Part shown: piece by piece, positions 12,930 through 24,549 of the stretch
How positions within the stretch are numbered: the stretch's first letter is position 1
Layout: every line of letters starts with the position of its first letter
DNA from: Blasia pusilla
Taxonomy: Eukaryota
Direction: 5' to 3'
Length of the DNA: 64,000 bases
Assembly: GCA_050084515.1 (NCBI GenBank)
Contig: CM114271.1
Coordinates: 42,222,001-42,286,000 of the forward strand
Program-made: the position numbers and the translations under genes
Notes under the pieces: model-generated
The model's database searches: none
Told to the model about the DNA's origin: nothing
Seen by the model: only the letters and a program-made list of their open reading frames with translations

Positions 12930-13824
12930 ATGCTAGTCATTTCGATATGATTGGCCTAGTAAGCCTCCATTCCAACCTAGTCACATATATATATGACTCA
13001 TGTCACGTCTGTTAGGGTAGATCGACGAGATCTAGTAGAGCACCTTCGGAGATACTGGAGGACAACCTCAGGAGGTCGAGGATGAACTGTTGAGGGCATG
13101 GGTAACCTCAAAGAGCAAGTTTCCTATGCCTTTGATGTATGTTGTGTAGCAATGTGTATGCGCATGACACTCATCTAGTTCTGTGGACTAAAATCTATCC
13201 ACAACTCCCACTGTCATATTTTGAGGGCTACAACAGTTGTGATTCCTTCAATTTTAGTCATGTCCCACTACTCGTGTAGTCATTGTGCGTGACTACTTGA
13301 GTCCAATCCAATCGCTGAATATAACGATATGATTATATGAGTTATCATCTATAATTGATTCTACAAATTTAACAACATGTGGAGTCATAACTATTACCAC
13401 AAAGTGGATTACTCAGATTCAGAGTACGCTTGTTACATTATCGTAGGATATTTTGTATTTTTCCATACTAAACATGATTTACGTAGTCATTTATGGTGAT
13501 TGGTTGGATATACAAATATGACTAAATGAGTTGTTTCCCCATGGTTCATATCATCCATGACACGTCATACCTATTTTTCCATGTCATGCGTTGAAGTGTC
13601 ATTCTTCTACATCATCTCAATGATGTGTCAGTCATGGCCCCATGACTACTCTTTCCAATCATATACCAACATCCACTAAGCCTACCATCCTAGTTAGCCT
13701 AGTCGCAAAATAAATATGACTTGATTTTTGTGTCTAAAATAGTCGCCAATTAAGTCATGGAATATAAAATATGACTCAATTGAGTCATAAAACCTAGTCA
13801 TAAAACCAAGGATTTCTTCTAGTG
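12930..13824. mobile_element. Probable right end of a CACTA (En/Spm) element with subterminal AGTCAT/ATGACT repeats
   Basis: Ends in TTTCTTCTAGTG at 13824 (reverse complement CACTAGAAGAAA). Preceded by many AGTCAT/ATGACT motifs in both orientations. Matching left TIR and TSD not confidently found. Confidence 0.55.
13001..13169. mobile_element. 169-bp internally deleted solo LTR with TSD CTCA
   Basis: TGTCA...TGACA termini; CTCA at 12997-13000 and 13170-13173. Both ends are homologous to the ends of the 9392-10016 solo LTR. Confidence 0.8.
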
Positions 13825-14149
13825 ATTAACGCAAAAAAATGCAACAGAATAAAGGTATTTTGTCTTCGTGACAAAGACTTATGAACGAAGAGTCTGCAAT
13901 AAAGAACAAATGAGAAGCCACTAGACATTCTTTGCAAAAGATCTTTGTAACAAAGACTATAGATAGAAGTAGTTAGAACAAAAAAGACACAACGATTGGG
14001 CAAGAAGATAAAAAGGGGTAGGACATTGTCGTATAGTAAAATCATCCACTATGTAAACTCCTCTATCATTAAGTGTTAGAGAGAGTTTTATACGTATTAA
14101 GTAAATTAGCCTAGGAAAATGAAATTGACATGTTTAAACCTCTTTAGGG

Positions 14150-17100
14150 TGACTCACTTGTGCGGGCCCAACTTTAGGAAATGAGATAATAAATAAAAGA
14201 TGGGATTAGAAAAGTAATGTAGTGGATTGGTGCTTTATTAAACAAAAGCAAAAGTAGTCTTGGTTGGTCGCTAGGGTCGTTGGGATAGTTTGGAAGATAT
14301 GAAGTGAATAAAGGAGGATATTTTGGAAGAGATAAGAGGTAATCTACTTGTGTCAAAATATGATTGGATAAGCCTTGAGAAGAAGCCATGTGGCACAAGA
14401 TAAGATTAGCCCTATTTCGTACTCTTGTGGATCCCTTATGAGTATAGAAAGAGGAGGGACCTTCAAGGGTTCATCACCTTCTACTTCATATCTTGAGTCT
14501 CTCGTGTCACTCTTGAGTGTATGGCTTTGGGATTGCTTGCTCTTCCAATGAGAGTGGATTATCCCTCGTAGGAGAATAACTTTACTATGGTGTAGTCTTT
14601 GAGAGAATTTTAGAGTGTGGTATTTGTGGAGATGAGAGACTTGTCACCTTAGATGAGTTTAGTCAAACTAGAAATAGTGGATGGTTTGGCTTGTTATTTT
14701 CCCAATGAGAGCGGATTACCCCTCTTGGGAGAGTAATTCCGCTAAACCCCATTCTAGAGGAGACTAGAGGATGATTTTCAAGTATGGCTAGGGGTCGAGC
14801 ACGAGTTATGCCCAATTTTCCTTTCCTTAATCCGTACTACGTCAAGATTCTTTTTGTAGATAGGCACTGGTTCACTCGCTATCTAGTTTATCATTTTAGA
14901 GACGCGTTCATGAGCCCAGTCATGCAATCTCAAGATCCAATGATTCTTCCTATAGTCACGTACGGAAAGACATGGGATTGTACTTTGTATGTCCTTATAT
15001 AGAAATCCATGGGCGTCAATAGGCCTGCTCGGGTAGGGTTTAAGAACAAAAATGCTATTTTTCTTGTGTACAAATATAAAGTAGTTTATAGGGACTTCAT
15101 AATTAGGAATTTCGGGGTTCCATGTTATGAAGAAGTCATCGCCTCGGCACTACCATTTTGGAAGAGATAAGAGGTAATCTACTTGTATCAAAATATGATT
15201 GGCTAAGCATGGAGAGGAAGCCATGTAGCACAAGATAAGATTAACCCTATTTCGTACTCTTATGGATCACTTGTGAGTACATAAGAAGGAGGGACCTTCA
15301 AGGGTTCATCACCTTTACTTCACATCTTGAGTCGCTCGTGTCACTCTTAAGTGGATGACTTTGGGATTGTTTGCTCTTCCAATGAGAGTAGATTACACCT
15401 CTTGGGAGAGTAACTTTACCATGGTCTATTCTTCAAGAGGTTTCTAGAGTGTGGTATGTATGGAGATGAGAGACTTATCACCTTAGGAAAGTTTAGTCAT
15501 ACTACAAATAGTGGATCGTTTGGCTTGTTATTTTCCCAATGAGAGTGGATTATCCTTCTTGGGAGAGCAACTCCGCCAAATCCCATTCTAGAAGAGACTA
15601 GAAATGTTTGTCACGTCTGGATAGGGATGGAGCACGAATTGTGCCCGATTTTCCTTTCCTTAACCTATATCACGTCAAGATTCTCTTTGTAGATAGGCAT
15701 TCGTTCACTCGCTATCTATTGTATCAATAGATAGCGAGTGAATGAATGCCTATCTAGATAGCGAGTGAACGAATGTCTATCTAACTTGTATCACTTTGGA
15801 GACGCGTTCATGAACCAAATCATGCAATCTCCAACTCCGATGATTTTTCCTATATTCACATACGGAAGGATATGGGATTGCACTTTGTATCTCCTTATAT
15901 AAGAATCCATCGATGTCAATAGGCCTGCTAGAGTAGGGTTTAACAACAACTGTGCTATTTTCCTTGTGTACAAATATAAAGTAGTTTATAGGGACTTCAT
16001 AGTTAAGAATTTTAGGGGTTCCATGTTATAAAGAAGTGATCTCCTAGACACTACCATTCATGATTCATGTCGTGAGAGAATGAAGGGTTTATATAATAAT
16101 TCTGTAGTGGAAAAGGAGAACTTCTTATAGAGTTTGAGTTACGTCAACCACGTCTGCTGCAGCTAGAAGGTTCGCCCTTACTCGAAGAAAGATTCTCGAG
16201 ACGAAAAAATGATGCTTCTAGTGAGAGCTCTTTGAGGCGGTACATTGTGTTTGCAAGTTGGAGTCTTGTTAAGATAACTACTTTTGGTAGTACTTGATCA
16301 ATGGGAACTGAGGGAGTTGAGGATCTTCTCCAAACTTTGATAATATTGTTGAGCCAGCAAGGAGGAGTTCACATAGGAGAGCAAAGATCAACAAGGGCTC
16401 TCCAAGCGATTGTAAAGAAGTTGGGGAGATTTGATGGGAGGAACATCATCAAGTATGTTAGAGAGTGCATCTGTGAGATGGATGTAAATCGCGTACTCGA
16501 AGGTGACATGGTGTCAAGTTTTGAGTTAGTTGTGATATCAGAGATCCGGAAAACCGAGTTATTCCTTGAGACGGTTTATGAGAATTTGGAGGACAAGCTT
16601 TTCATAATGTTGGCAGACAAGATTGAAGAAGGAGGTGTCAGCACTAATTGGAAGAAATTGGAAGAAGTTGTTGCTATCCTCACAAAGCAAAGTCGAAGTA
16701 GAGGTAGAACCGCACTATTCAAGTCGGAGGTATCAATTTCAAATCCATTGCCTAAGCCCGTGTTAGCAAAGCTTGAAGATTGTGCTATTGATGAGTTGGT
16801 GAAAGATTTGAGGGAGTTGAGTGGGATGATCCAGTGGAATTTGAATGTGTTAGAGCATACCTAGCATAAGAGAAACATGTGAATTGGTAAGATGCTAGTG
16901 TGGAGGAGAAGGGGAGACGCGAAAATGATGGTGTTGACTTTGAGGAAGCTACAAGAAGAGTGAGGACCACAAGAAAGAAAGGGCAACCGGAGGCGCAACC
17001 ATGAAGAGAAGAAGGGCCTTCTACATCCGAATCTATGATGGATTCTCATATGAAAGAAGGTGGGATGAAGGAGAAAGAATTGAGGTCTCCTCCGAAGACC

Positions 17101-18910
17101 AAGGGTAGGACTCCTACATACAAGTTGCAGTTTTATATAGAGACAAGCACGAATTTGAAGGAGATTCTTGAGGAGAGGATTTTGGATGCGAAAATAGAGT
17201 TTTCTTTGAGGGAAGTCTTGGGCATAGCCAAACATGACTTTCATGACTTGATCATAGATGTGATCAAAAGGAAGAGGCAAATAACTGTAAATATGGTGAT
17301 GGTGAGCGCATTGGATACTGACATCATAGAAGAAGAAGATGAAGATCTTGGCCAAGTTTTTGGACAAAAGCTTGACTTACAGGGAGAAGAGGCGAGAGTA
17401 GGAGAAGCCTTGATAGAACAAGGTGAAGAAAGGCACAATGGTGGACACTATTCTTGGTCATATTGGGCGCGTGCAACGACGAAGGCTAGAGTTTGTCTAG
17501 GCTCTCTCCAAGAGTCAGTCCTGACTCTCGTTGATCGTGGTTCGGAGATCAACATCATGTCGCAAAGTGTGTACAACAAAGGGATGTGGCCAATTGATAC
17601 ACGGCATGAATGGGTACTATATGCGACTCACGACCAAAAAGTGAACTCTACGGTGCTTGTCCAACTGTCAAAACTTGTATCGAAGATGTGTTGATTGAAC
17701 AAAATTTCTTTGTTCAGAATGGAGCTGCTTATCGTATGATTCTTGGGAAACCTTACATCACAGCATCTAGAATGGAGACGAAAGTCATGGATGATGGATC
17801 TCATTATGTCCGTATTAGAAGTTATGATGGAACGAGATTAGTTCAATTCCTTATTGTACGAGTAGGTCATGAAAGGAATAGGGAGAAATTGAGAGATGGT
17901 CCTATGAAGGTAGAGAAGGATTTTTCGGATTTTTAGTTAGCATTCCTGTAGAGCCGGAATATGGGGTGCAGAGAAAAGAAAGAGTCTTTCGTTAACAGAG
18001 GGGGAAGAATCATGTATGTTTAGATCTGGGTTTTCTCAATGTTTTTCTTCGTGGTCTAGTAGATTCCAAATGATGAAAGAAATGAATGAGAAGAAAAGAG
18101 GATTTATGAAAATAAAAAGAGGGTTTGTTAAAATATGAGGGTGTTCTATTAGATGAAGAGTTCATTAGTGGGATGTATGAAGAAGAGGATTTTGGAGATA
18201 GTCTTGAGGAGGTGTTCACCCAAACGAGCATCGATTCATTAAATACAAGTTTGATTATAATTCACTCGTGTGAGTTGCATGAAGAAATATCAAGGTTCAT
18301 GGAAGGAGAAAATGGATATGAATCTATGGAGAGGGAATCATATGGGCACGATTTTGCGACAGATGAACATCCCATGGAAGCACAAGTGCACACAAAGTAC
18401 AAGACGGTAGCTCGGAAAGTGAAACCGATGGCTACTCAACAATCTGAGGGATCTGGAAAACAAGTAGAATGTGCATCGATGGAGCCGAATCTATGAGATG
18501 TGAGGAAGATAGGATAAAAGATTACAGAAGAAATACTGGATCATCTGCAAATTGGAGGGGGTGAGTTTCTTATTGAAATTGAAAGAAAAAGCTTCGGGAG
18601 ATTTTAAGAAGACATTATAAGGCTTTTTCTTTTACTATACAAGAAATTGGTTGTGTAGACGCAAGTGTGGTGGCATCAATGGTAATTTTCACAGTTCCAC
18701 ATGCGCCTTGGGATCTGAAACCCATATAGTATCAAGAGCTATGATTCCCAAGTTGATTGAGTTATTGAAGGAGAAGATGGAGATGGATATCTTAGAGCCA
18801 TCTATGGGTCCTTACTTGAGTTGATGGTTCACTGTGCCAAAGCAATCAGGAGCTCTCCGGTTCATTCAAGATATGCAACCCGAAAATAAGGTAACCATTT
18901 GAAATATGGC
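14150..18910 (+). mobile_element. Second Ty3/gypsy element, 3'-truncated: putative LTR (~14150-16203), gag, protease, start of RT
   Basis: Gag-like ORF 16301-16864 (RFDGRNIIKY); LTLVDRGSEINIMS protease motif in ORF 17035-17694; MILGKPY; YKTVARKVKPM; WFTVPKQSGALRFIQDMQP RT start, cut at ~18910. The LTR-like part recurs inverted at 63183-64000. Confidence 0.85.
14321..16057 (+). repeat. Head-to-tail duplication (~836-bp period) within the putative LTR
   Basis: ttttggaagagataagaggtaatctacttg starts at 14321 and again at 15157, and the two copies align throughout. Confidence 0.9.
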
Positions 18911-19239
18911 AGCAGGGCCTAGAATACCTGGCAAAACCATGGCTCGCTCTATTGCGGGCCTAGTAGACATCCCTGCCATCCTAGCAGCCTCAACTTGCCA
19001 TGAATCTAAGGTGGACGGACCAAACACAGGCTCCAAGGAAAGGTCCACCACCTCCTTTGCATCCACCTTTGAACGTGAGGCAATAACACCAACTCCACCC
19101 TCACATAGCATAGTGGCCACCTAGACAACCTCGGCCAGCGTACCTCCCAACATCGTAACATTGGAAGGGGAAAACCATGGGGCGTGGTACATGGAATTGG
19201 CCGCCTCCAACAACGTACTCGACACATTCTCTCTTTGTA

Positions 19240-19506
19240 AATCAAGTATCTCCCACACAACAATGTCTCTCCATAGTGCACACAACTCTTTCTCTCTTTT
19301 TCATGTCAAATCAAATCCACTCTCTTAATGAGAGGCTTGGATTACACACAAGTTCAAGGAGGACCATAGCTCTGCCGCCTCATGCTAAGAGGTTCAACAA
19401 AGAGAGAATGAGCTCCAAAGCTCTCTTCCCTCTCTCTTTGGGTATGCCCCCTTTCCTCTCCCAAGCTTTCTCCATGGTAATCTATGGTCACAGCTCACCT
19501 CCTTGG
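19240..19506 (-). repeat. Fragment of the 9392-10016 LTR family, inverted
   Basis: Reverse complement of ~9640-9890, e.g. gccgcctcatgctaagaggttcaacaaagagagaat. Confidence 0.8.
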
Positions 19507-19826
19507 CAAGGTTGCATGTGGATAAAGTCCGTGTCTGTGGACATGTTCATGTCCGTGGACTTATGTGCGACTTATGGAAGGACTTGTCCATATGGGCCTC
19601 ACCTTTTCCTTCTTTCTCATTCCCCTTACTTGCCTTCGTGTTCCATACTCCTCCATTTCTTCCTCCCTCCACCTCCATTCCCTCCTCCCTCATTGCTCCA
19701 CTCATCCTTGTCTTGCCTTCCATCATGGACTAAAAATGTGGGTCCCACCTTTTGGAACTGATATCCAAACTTGTCCTTCCATGTCCGTTCTAAGGAAGGA
19801 CTTATTTATTTTTGTGCAACCATGCT
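19507..19826 (+). mobile_element. Truncated copy of the hAT-like non-autonomous element (CAAGGTTGCA terminus)
   Basis: Aligns with 50011-~50342; starts caaggttgcatgtgga. Confidence 0.75.
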
Positions 19827-20009
19827 CCTTGGCTTTTCATCTATTGTAGGAGGTCAAGGGTCAGTTCCCAAAAGTGGAGAGTTAACTATACTCAAAACGG
19901 TAACTTTCTTGAAAAAGTAAGTTTCTCTATATGGCTGCAAATGAACCGAAACGAAAGGAAAATCTACTCTCTCAAGTTATCCATGGCCTCAGCAGATCAT
20001 CCTCTTGAG

Positions 20010-20182
<173 letters not shown>

Positions 20183-21000
20183 CAAAATTTTGGTTTGGTA
20201 GACTTGATGAATCCTTTCCACCTCTTTTTTTGGCCATTCTTGAGAAATCTACCTTCCGCTTATGATGTCCACTTGGTCTCATAGGGAAACAATCCTAGAT
20301 TACATAGGTTAGAATGGATTCTTGACGCATTGAACATTGACAAACTTGATTTATGTGGATGACTATTTGGACTTTGAATAACATTTAAATTAATATGATA
20401 ATGTGTACTCCTTTGCTTCCTTGCACACAAAAAACAAAGTGTGTGAAGCCAAGGACATTTCTATCATTTCACAACAATGGGGAGGTTCACGTTTTTGGAC
20501 TATCATATCGTACCTCACGTGAATCATGAGCAAACCTAAAATCATTTCTTGGTAAGAATTCTTTGGTATCCTCATGTCACCTCATACTGGTTAGGAAAAT
20601 ACCCCATTAACTAAACTAAAATACATGACTTGGTGGAATTTTGCAAGCTACTACATGCACCGACCTCCATTATGTACATATCGAAGGCATCATTGATGTA
20701 AGTTTACTTCGACTTCAAGATGCCTTCTCAATTGGTCGTTTACCGATCTGAATCGTTACGGCTCTTACAAACACTGCCCTTTTTTTCCCTCTCCACACGT
20801 AGAAGGCATTTAAGTATCGTCCACACGTGTACACTAAATACTTTCTGTTTATGGTATGAATCAGACCTTACATGACTAAGGACTCCACCGTTAACTCGAT
20901 CATGAAACGTCGACGATGGTCCAATTTCGAGTGCCCCCAATCGGAAAATCATGCAGAGACAAACGGTCCGGATCTCATCTTAAGTTTCACGCGTATCAAT

Positions 21001-21765
21001 TTAAAAGTCGCCGCCACCCATATCGCCGCCCCAGTCACCCGTGTCCCCGCCGTAATCGTTGTCCAGCATCTCCCCCACCAAGAGCCCGCCCAGAGCACCG
21101 CCCATCAAGCCGGTGCCAAAACCGGCACCGCCCCTGCGAGGCCGTTGCTGATAGCCACTTCCCATGGGAGGCCCGTACCCATACGGCGTTTGCTGCATCG
21201 GCGGGTAGCCGTAGCCATAGCCCCCCAGACCTCCGCCATACTGAGGCTGGAATCGAGGAGCGGAGAATGGCGCTTGATAGCTGGCAGTCGCTTGCGGAAA
21301 GGCTACGGGAGGATACTGGCTTCCATAGTGCTGTTGTTGCTGAATCGTTCTCAACTCGCCCAATTGTGCAGACATGATTAAACTCCCTTTCACTTTTCCT
21401 GAGGGTCGGATGACGGAGAAAGCCCTGATCTGGGCCTTACTACCATCTCTGTCAATCTCTCGGAGAGGAATGGTGACAGTTCCCACCAGTTTCTTCTGGA
21501 GAGTTCCGTCGCTGTATATCTGCACCGTGATGTAGCAGGGCCGTCCGTTTCCTTGCAGGAGTTGCTCGTCGCAGGTTAGTGTCAAGGGTGCGTTCCAGGT
21601 TGGGTTGAGCCCACCGCTGGTATCCACTCTAGTCGCTTTCTGCTTGTTGCCATAGATATACGCCACCACGTAGCACTTCTGCTCTCCGAACATTTTCACC
21701 TTCTTCAAGTCGCTCGCCGACACTAAGTTCAAATTTATCGTCCTCTCTTCCACTAGTGAACCCAT
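21001..21765 (-). CDS. SRC2-like C2-domain protein with a Pro/Gly/Tyr-rich C-terminal tail (254 aa, intronless)
   Basis: MGSLVEERTINLNLVSASDLKKVKMFG...TRVDTSGGLNPTWN...VGTVTIPL...RPSGKVKGSL forms the C2 domain. The tail GFGTGLMGGALGGLLVGEML is typical of SRC2. First ATG is at 21765 and the ORF is intact. Confidence 0.88.
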   Translation of the reverse strand: MGSLVEERTINLNLVSASDLKKVKMFGEQKCYVVAYIYGNKQKATRVDTSGGLNPTWNAPLTLTCDEQLLQGNGRPCYITVQIYSDGTLQKKLVGTVTIPLREIDRDGSKAQIRAFSVIRPSGKVKGSLIMSAQLGELRTIQQQQHYGSQYPPVAFPQATASYQAPFSAPRFQPQYGGGLGGYGYGYPPMQQTPYGYGPPMGSGYQQRPRRGGAGFGTGLMGGALGGLLVGEMLDNDYGGDTGDWGGDMGGGDF

Positions 21766-22163
21766 CTTCAAAACCAAATCAACAATCAGTTCCCTCTCCA
21801 GCTCCAAACTGCCTTGAAACTTGAACGTACTCCAATTCAAACTCGCGCTCAGGATCAGAGTCACCAATACCCCTCTCCGCACGAGATTGATTCAAGCTTG
21901 GTCCGATCCAAACGTACCTATGGACCAACAAGCGATTCACGTTTCCAAAACGCTCTTCGGTCGTCTACGCGAATTAAAGCTGAAAAGTCTGAAGAGAATC
22001 ACAAGCTGAAGGCTGTCTTGAGGTAGTCGCTCACAGAGAAAAGAGGGACGGTCGAACTGACTGTGGAAGTGTATAAGCGCAGGTCAGCTTGGGATTATAT
22101 GCTTCTCGGGCGAGCCTGCCTGTGACTGAAGCTTTCAGATCAAGGTCACAGCGCATCACCGTC

Positions 22164-22460
22164 GCGCGTCTTGGGACGACGCGTTGTGTACATTTGTGCC
22201 TTGGGCGCGACGTCTGGTCGGCAGGTCATTCTGCAGTCGCCACGTTACGGGGAAACTAGGATACTAAAAGAAGTACGTGTTGGATTGTGTTTCAAGACAG
22301 AGAAGTGGCCGGTGCGATGCACCCTCAAGTTCTACTTAGCTGAGGGTCTTTGAGGAGCTCCAGCGTCCTTCCACTCTTCTACGGTGACATGTCGCACTCA
22401 CTTACGAGTGACCTGTCACATTTCCCGCCCCTTTCCCTCCTTTCACTTCAACGGGCGCGT
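22164..22460. promoter_or_regulatory. Three CGCG boxes (CAMTA-type vCGCGb) upstream of the SRC2-like gene
   Basis: GCGCGT at 22164-22169, ACGCGT at 22179-22184, GCGCGT at 22455-22460. A TATA-like TATAAT lies on the minus strand near 22095-22100. Function is inferred only. Confidence 0.35.
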
Positions 22461-23165
22461 TAGGTCACTCCTTTTTCTTACGTGATTATTGGTCTCCATT
22501 TTAACCCTTTAAGATGGGTTTGGGAGAAAGTAATTAATAAACGCATGAGAACACGAGGATAGCTTAGATGGTGAGAAAAATGATGAGGACATGTAAGGGC
22601 ACTAACAAAAATGGTGACAAGCAATCCAAATAATAAGTTAACAATTTGAAACAAATGACAAGAAAACTATTGGTAGTGGTTGGTGAAATATGAATCTTAA
22701 ATCTTAAATAATACTAATAAGAATGCCCATGCACCCCATATATAACCGCGGTCTTGATAGGACTACCCTAAACTTGATGCAGGGCTTGATGCACCAACAT
22801 CTAAGTTTTGGGTAGTCCTTGCCGTGGTGATAATGTGCACTCAAGGGATCCTGCAACAATTTACCAAGTAGGGCCTCAAGGGCCTTGAAGCACATGGGTT
22901 TGGCTGTCTTTACCATTCATTAGCTCTCACTCCCTAGAAGCCTTCATGAATTAGATAAAGCTATCGGGAAGCACTCCAAAGATGAACTCGGATGACTTTG
23001 GGACACATCACACAATTTGGAACTTCTCATGAAAGACCTCTCTTAGTTGGATTATCCATATGTAGAGTAGGTAGCGTGAGAAGAGAGAGATCCTCGCTCA
23101 AGTGCAAGTTCTCTTTACGCATGTAGTGCAGCTTTTACGCTCTCGAACTCCTTTGCATCTTCCCC

Positions 23166-23168
<3 letters not shown>

Positions 23169-23218
<50 letters not shown>
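23169..23218. repeat. (AG)n microsatellite
   Basis: Perfect AG run of about 25 units. Confidence 0.97.
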
Positions 23219-23222
<4 letters not shown>

Positions 23223-23644
23223 TAGGGTTTATCCCTACGATATTGTTCACAATGAAGATAATGCACTTTAATGTACGCCTACACGGAACCTAAAACTCCA
23301 GACAACCATCATAAGGGTACACACAGACTCCAGGAATCTTCCAAATTCTCAATGAAGATGATCAAGGGAGGGCAAAGTGCATGTGAAGTGCAAAATTTTG
23401 GCCTCCGCCCTACAAAGCGAACTCCCATCTTCTTTCTCCAAGAGAAGACATGCCTAGCAAAAATCCTGCACTTGAAACAACAATATCAAAATCTCTCGCA
23501 ACTGAGAAAATTATAACCCATAGGTTATAATCTCTCGCAATTTTAGAAAACTGGGTTTTGTTCTAATATGATTATTACCACACTAGGACATAGTGTAATG
23601 GGAGTACAACTTAGGTTTTACTCTCTATGTCAACCATGTTTATA

Positions 23645-24110
23645 GCCTAGGGTTTAGGGTTTTTGGTTTAGGGTTAAGGGCCTAGGGTTTATGGTTTATA
23701 GCTTAGGGTTTAGGGTTTTTGGCTTAGGGTTTAGGGTTTTCTACTTAGGGTTTATTGCCAAGGTTCTAGGGTTTAAGGTGGTTGGCTTAGGGTTTAGGTT
23801 TTTTGGTTCAGGGTTAAGGGCCTAGGGTTTAGGGTTTATAGCTTAGGTTTAGGATTTTTGGCTTACGTTAGGGGTTAGGGTTTTTGGCTTAGGGTTTAGG
23901 ATTTATGGTTTCCGGCTTAGGATTTAGGGTTTAGGGTTTTCGACTTAGGGTTTATTGCCTAGGTTCTAGGTTTTAAGGTGGTTGGCTTAGGGTTTATTGC
24001 TCAGGTTCTAGGGTTTAAGGTGGTTGGCTTAGGGTTTAGGTTTTTTGGTTTAGGGGTTAGGATATAAGGGTTTCTGGCCTAGGGTTTACGGTTTACGATT
24101 TATTGGTTAG
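23645..24110 (+). repeat. Interstitial degenerate telomere-like (TTTAGGG) array
   Basis: Dense TAGGGTT(T) units mixed with TTTTGGC variants. A higher-order ~42-bp unit ggtttattgcc-aggttctagggtttaaggtggttggcttag occurs three times. Confidence 0.9.
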
Positions 24111-24549
24111 GAGAAGATGTATTTGAAGAAGCATCTCTCTGTTGGCACGCAAGCCAAATTCAGTGTTACTCTTGATGAATTTTGTAGAACGTTGCGAGAT
24201 TTAACTCGATTGTGGAGGTCCAAACGCCCAACAACTGACCTTCTTGTATGTACCCACAAGGAAGTCATTAGTAGTTTTGATACAACCTAACTTGGATTCA
24301 TCCCGAGTGTTGTAAATTGGGTGAAGGAAGATGATGAGTAGGGTGTAGTTTTTGACATAGTATTTATAAATATGGTTAGCGCATCAAATGATTATGAGCG
24401 GCTCAATGTAGAAGAATTCGGAGAATTTTTTTGAGGTGTCTGGTCTCAATGCAAGCGAAAGATTACTAGTGTTCTTTGTAGAGATCGAAATACTCAGGAA
24501 TCTTATAGTTACTTGCCAGATAGCCTCCAATCTCTGGTTTAGAGTAATT

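Noticed and set aside
20872-21381. Plus-strand ORFs antisense to the SRC2-like gene (likewise those antisense to the P450 and the TE genes)
   Set aside because: Shadow ORFs of GC-rich coding sequence with no recognisable motifs.
21766-21882. 39-aa N-terminal extension of the SRC2-like ORF
   Set aside because: Starts at a non-ATG codon; the C2 domain begins right after the ATG at 21765.
23645-24110. True chromosome end
   Set aside because: Short, degenerate and flanked by complex sequence on both sides.
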